Positions 60,482 to 64,000 of a DNA stretch of 64,000 nt are shown piece after piece. How positions within the stretch are numbered: position 1 is the stretch's first letter; each line of letters opens with the position of its first letter. The position numbers and the translations under genes were made by a program. The notes beneath the pieces were generated by a model. That model had not been told where the DNA came from. It saw only the letters and a program-made list of their open reading frames with translations, and ran no database searches. Origin of the DNA: Desulfurococcaceae archaeon (GTDB lineage Archaea; Thermoproteota; Thermoprotei_A; Sulfolobales; Desulfurococcaceae); the NCBI GenBank assembly GCA_038888155.1, contig JAWAJB010000002.1, positions 96,001 to 160,000 of the forward strand. The letters run 5' to 3'.

Positions 60482-61792
60482 TTATGGAAGATAATACCTT
60501 TTTACGTCCCCTTCTTGAACAGCCCTAATATAGCCCCTATCCGTTAGCTCTTTTAGGTGTTGATATACAGCCTGTGGCGTTATATTCAAGTCCAGATTTC
60601 TCCAAATCTCATAACCAGTTAATCCCTTGTGCGTTTCAAGGACCCCAAGTATAAGCCTCTTTGTAGCACCAATAAATGGCTGTGTAAATCTCCTGCGCAA
60701 GGGTCTAGTGTAACCAGAAGCAGATTTTAGGCCGTGGCTAAAAAGCACTATAACAGAGTCTTCGAGCTCCGTTTTTAAATAGCCTGCAACGACAACAGCA
60801 GATGAAATCTCAGTGAATAACCCTTCCTGTAGTGCAAGAATCTTGGCTGCTCGTATCGTCTCTCGTGATGATACAACAACTAGATCTCCGTGTTTTCTGA
60901 GTATATCGATGACAGAGTTGAATATTGGTGGAGCGTAATACCTGAGCCCTGGATAAGGTTCCTCCATACACTTCTTTGAAATTCCTAAAAAGGAAGCATA
61001 CTTGGGGTTTCCACAATGCTCCACGCCAATAATTTCAGGCACTTTGTTTATGAATCCTCCCTCTAATAGCTCTTTGAATCCGTAGTGAAGAGCTAGAAAC
61101 GTTAAGCCGCTTCCGATTGGAACATATATTCTCCGAGGTACGGAACCGAGTTGCATGTAAAGTTCATACGAAAGTGTTTTCAACCCTTCCATGGACAGAG
61201 CGTTGTGTGTACTCGAGGCGTTATACGCTTTTACTCTACTAGAATATCCGTCAACTTCTTTTAAGAGAGCATCAATGCCTTTATCCTCTATTACAAGCTT
61301 AGCGCCGTAAGTTTTTATTAGAAAGATCTTCTCCTTTTCAATCCACGATGGGGCATATATGCTTGCCTTTAGACCAGCCCTAGTAGCGTATGCAGCTACG
61401 CTAACACCCATATTTCCGTCACTAACTGCGATAACTCTCTTATAGCCTTCTGAGCTCGCGTGACTAACAACTAAGCTAGCAGCTCTATCCCTAATACTAC
61501 CAGTCGGGTTACATCCCTCATTCTTAAAATATACGTTTTTTCCTTTTGCTATCCTCATCGACCTTAACAGAGGAGTATTTCCTTCTCCAAGCGAGATCTT
61601 TACTTTCAAGGGTGGAAGCATGTTGCTGTATCTCCAAATTCCGGGCAACGAGGAGGATTCTTTGAATGTTTTAATATAATTAGCTTTTACAAGTCCCCCG
61701 CAATAAGGACAGATTAGTTTTGGGGCGTTCAACAATTCGTTGCAATTACTACATTTAAATAATGGCATTGAAGCATTCATAGTACCTTGCAT
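60482..61792 (-). CDS. Threonine-synthase-fold protein lacking the PLP lysine, with C-terminal winged HTH
   Basis: NPTGSIRDR (AGG at 61490-61492) versus NPTGSFKDR in thrC; C-terminal GLTGYEIW...ITPQAVYQHLKELTDRGYI. Confidence 0.85.
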   Translation of the reverse strand: MQGTMNASMPLFKCSNCNELLNAPKLICPYCGGLVKANYIKTFKESSSLPGIWRYSNMLPPLKVKISLGEGNTPLLRSMRIAKGKNVYFKNEGCNPTGSIRDRAASLVVSHASSEGYKRVIAVSDGNMGVSVAAYATRAGLKASIYAPSWIEKEKIFLIKTYGAKLVIEDKGIDALLKEVDGYSSRVKAYNASSTHNALSMEGLKTLSYELYMQLGSVPRRIYVPIGSGLTFLALHYGFKELLEGGFINKVPEIIGVEHCGNPKYASFLGISKKCMEEPYPGLRYYAPPIFNSVIDILRKHGDLVVVSSRETIRAAKILALQEGLFTEISSAVVVAGYLKTELEDSVIVLFSHGLKSASGYTRPLRRRFTQPFIGATKRLILGVLETHKGLTGYEIWRNLDLNITPQAVYQHLKELTDRGYIRAVQEGDVKRYYLP

Positions 61793-61892
61793 AAAGGTTT
61801 CCTTAAAAATCTCTAAGAATTACCAAGTATAAAATATTCCCCTACGAGCCTTATATGTAATTTAAACAGTTTTTGTTGTATTAATGCAAAAA

Positions 61893-62381
61893 TCACTGAG
61901 TGAACTCGTGGTTAATCCCCTCAAGTGGTAAAGTATTTAAACCATATTTCTTAATTCTCGAAACAAGAGACCTTACAGTCTTAGATATCTCTTTTATGCT
62001 GGCCAGTTCATCTATTTCAAACCAAGCTACATCAGCAGCATCTCCACCTGGCTTAAGCTCTCCGCGAACTGTGTCGGGGTTAAATAATATATCCACTATG
62101 AGGTAATGATACAACACTCGCTTAGATTGATCGTAAACAACGTTGTTCAACACCCATAGTATACCTAGCGGGTCTGCATCTAGTCCAGTTTCTTCTTTGA
62201 GCTCTCGCCTGGCAGCCTCCTCTAGTCTCTCCCCAGCTTCAATGACACCTCCGGGTAGAGACCATCTTCCCAGCCCGGGAGGGTGTCCGCGCTTAACTAA
62301 AAGGATCTTATTTTTATTGACTAATACTGCAGCGACAGAAGCTATTGCGTACCTTGGGTACACTCTCTCCAAAAAGATCAC
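61893..62381 (-). CDS. NUDIX hydrolase
   Basis: Nudix box GGVIEAGERLEEAARRELKEETG. Confidence 0.93.
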   Translation of the reverse strand: MIFLERVYPRYAIASVAAVLVNKNKILLVKRGHPPGLGRWSLPGGVIEAGERLEEAARRELKEETGLDADPLGILWVLNNVVYDQSKRVLYHYLIVDILFNPDTVRGELKPGGDAADVAWFEIDELASIKEISKTVRSLVSRIKKYGLNTLPLEGINHEFTQ

Positions 62382-62460
62382 CTTTATATCATGTTTGAAT
62401 AAGTTGAGGAACTATAAATAAGCATGCTTACATGCTTCTCTTGAGGGGTCATCATTTGGG

Positions 62461-63198
62461 GTGATTTTCATGGAGTACAAACCTAAAGTATTGATTATAC
62501 ACAGCTCGCCAAGAAGGTATGGTGCCTCTTCCCAGCTTGCAGAAATTGCCGGGATAGGCGTAAATGATGCAGGCGGTTTAGTAGAGAGAATTTTCCTCTA
62601 CGACTATAACATAAAGCCCTGCATAGGATGCGTCTCGGATGGGATAGCTTATTGTAGGTTTCCTTGTATAATTCGCGATGATGACTTTAACTACGTTGCA
62701 AATAAGATAATGGAAGCTGATGGCTTAATAATAGCTACACCAGTTTACTGGTATGCTCCTAGCGGTATTCTGAAGAACGTGCTCGATAGGTTAACAAGTA
62801 TGGAGAACATGATCTTTCACAAGAGTAAGAGCCTGTTAGAAGGGAAAGTGGCTGGATTCATTGCAACAGGTCTCGATAGCGGAGTAATGACATCGATAGC
62901 ATACTTGATGGCTGTATTGAATAGTATGGGTGTTATCATACCTCCATGGAGTATGGCATACTCGCACGTCGAGGAAATTGTCAAAGATGAGAATGCACTT
63001 AGAGATGCTTACAATGTGGGTTACTTAGTTACCGAGGCTTTGAAAGCGTTGAAAGCTTACGATAAACCCTTGGGTTATAAGCCGGACATCGAAGTTAAGA
63101 AGCTCACGGAAACTCTCAAGAACTATAGTGTAACGAAATCGTCTGAGAGGGAAATAAGGTTAAAGTTGCTTAACTCTCTGCTCGATCAGAACCGCTGA
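62461..63198 (+). CDS. Flavodoxin-fold iron-sulfur flavoprotein (Isf-like)
   Basis: SSPRR, PCIGC...C...C, ATPVYW. Confidence 0.88.
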   Translation: MIFMEYKPKVLIIHSSPRRYGASSQLAEIAGIGVNDAGGLVERIFLYDYNIKPCIGCVSDGIAYCRFPCIIRDDDFNYVANKIMEADGLIIATPVYWYAPSGILKNVLDRLTSMENMIFHKSKSLLEGKVAGFIATGLDSGVMTSIAYLMAVLNSMGVIIPPWSMAYSHVEEIVKDENALRDAYNVGYLVTEALKALKAYDKPLGYKPDIEVKKLTETLKNYSVTKSSEREIRLKLLNSLLDQNR

Positions 63199-63898
63199 GA
63201 CACACCATTTTCCTTAGGTCGTTGAATATGCTGGTGCTACTCCATGATCCCACGCGCTGAGCAATTTTTAAGACTTTTACATCGTCTAAACCGCGCTCCA
63301 TTAGGGCACTAGTTAGTTCACTTGGAGTGATCCACTGATCTGGTCCTAAAACAACTATATCTGGCTTTATGTTAACTACAGGCTTAAGGAAGTCCTCTTC
63401 GTCCCCAATAATTGCAGAAGAGACATACCTTACACTTTTCACCACTTCAAGCCTATCGCGTTCGCTTAGAGCTGGTTTTCTTCCCTTGAATTTCTCAAAG
63501 TTCTTATCCCTCGACACAACTACATAAACCTCTCCATGCTGCCAGGCCAGTTGTAATAAGTTTATATGACCGGGATGTAGAAACTCAAAGCTCCCTGCAA
63601 CCAACACTCTCGGTCTTTTAAGCAATTTACTTATAGGTTCCCAATGCACTCCTTTGATGTAGCCCATGATCCTCAGGGAGTCTAGTAGCCCTTCGGCATA
63701 AGCTATACAGGAAAGACTAGTCTCAAGATCCCCCTTCTCATAGTAATACTTGGCATCACTCAAGTATGATTTAGCCAGCTCTATAACCGCTTTTTGCTCC
63801 TTCGGAAGAAAATCCCACGCTGCTTTAGCGATGAAAGCTTCAACGCTATCTATGTAAAGCTTTACTCTCTTCTCTATAGGAATCCCCAAAGCAGACAC
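63170..63898 (-). CDS. ribL: DUF357 fused to FAD synthetase (RibL-type nucleotidyltransferase)
   Basis: YLSDAKYY...YAEGLLD (DUF357) plus GSFEFLHPGH, KPDIVVLGPDQ, SSTSI. Confidence 0.8.
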   Translation of the reverse strand: MSALGIPIEKRVKLYIDSVEAFIAKAAWDFLPKEQKAVIELAKSYLSDAKYYYEKGDLETSLSCIAYAEGLLDSLRIMGYIKGVHWEPISKLLKRPRVLVAGSFEFLHPGHINLLQLAWQHGEVYVVVSRDKNFEKFKGRKPALSERDRLEVVKSVRYVSSAIIGDEEDFLKPVVNIKPDIVVLGPDQWITPSELTSALMERGLDDVKVLKIAQRVGSWSSTSIFNDLRKMVCLSGSDRAES

Positions 63899-64000
63899 CT
63901 TTCATAAGCTTCAATACTGTCCATAAATAAAACATAGCGCGTATCTTAATAATATTTAATAGGCGTGAATACCATTGTGCACCGAATGGGGGAGCCCAAT

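Overview
Chromosomal window from an AT-rich archaeon; AglB, a CdvB-like protein, DUF763, DUF131, DUF357-RibL and TATA/BRE promoters with GGTG ribosome-binding sites suggest Thermoproteota, possibly Desulfurococcales-like (inference). Most of it is housekeeping or metabolic: aglB, Mrp/NBP35, mevalonate kinase, hypDCE, a modified-folate/methanopterin pterin operon, peroxiredoxin, an HD hydrolase, MATE, pyrB/pyrC, a tandem double xanthine-dehydrogenase-family Mo-hydroxylase operon with a ubiquitin-like sulfur carrier, ABC and ECF transporters, thrB/thrC, a split lipoate ligase and tRNA-Val(CAC). I found no CRISPR array, rRNA or intact mobile element. Signals absent from the ORF track: (1) a ~180-nt rod-shaped minus-strand ncRNA candidate at 13676-13857 with strongly G-U-biased pairing, its own promoter and a bulge-helix-bulge-like motif predicting a ~148-nt circular RNA; (2) two stand-alone Lys/Glu-rich micro-ORFs of 22 and 19 aa flanking it; (3) a threonine-synthase-fold protein lacking the PLP lysine and fused to a winged helix, upstream of an ECF vitamin-type transporter with a palindrome over its promoter; (4) a near-identical 28-bp palindromic operator shared by a PadR gene and an ABC exporter 39 kb away; (5) an exact 155-bp tract shared by two otherwise diverged FAD-subunit paralogs. 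All family assignments come from motif recognition only; no searches were run.
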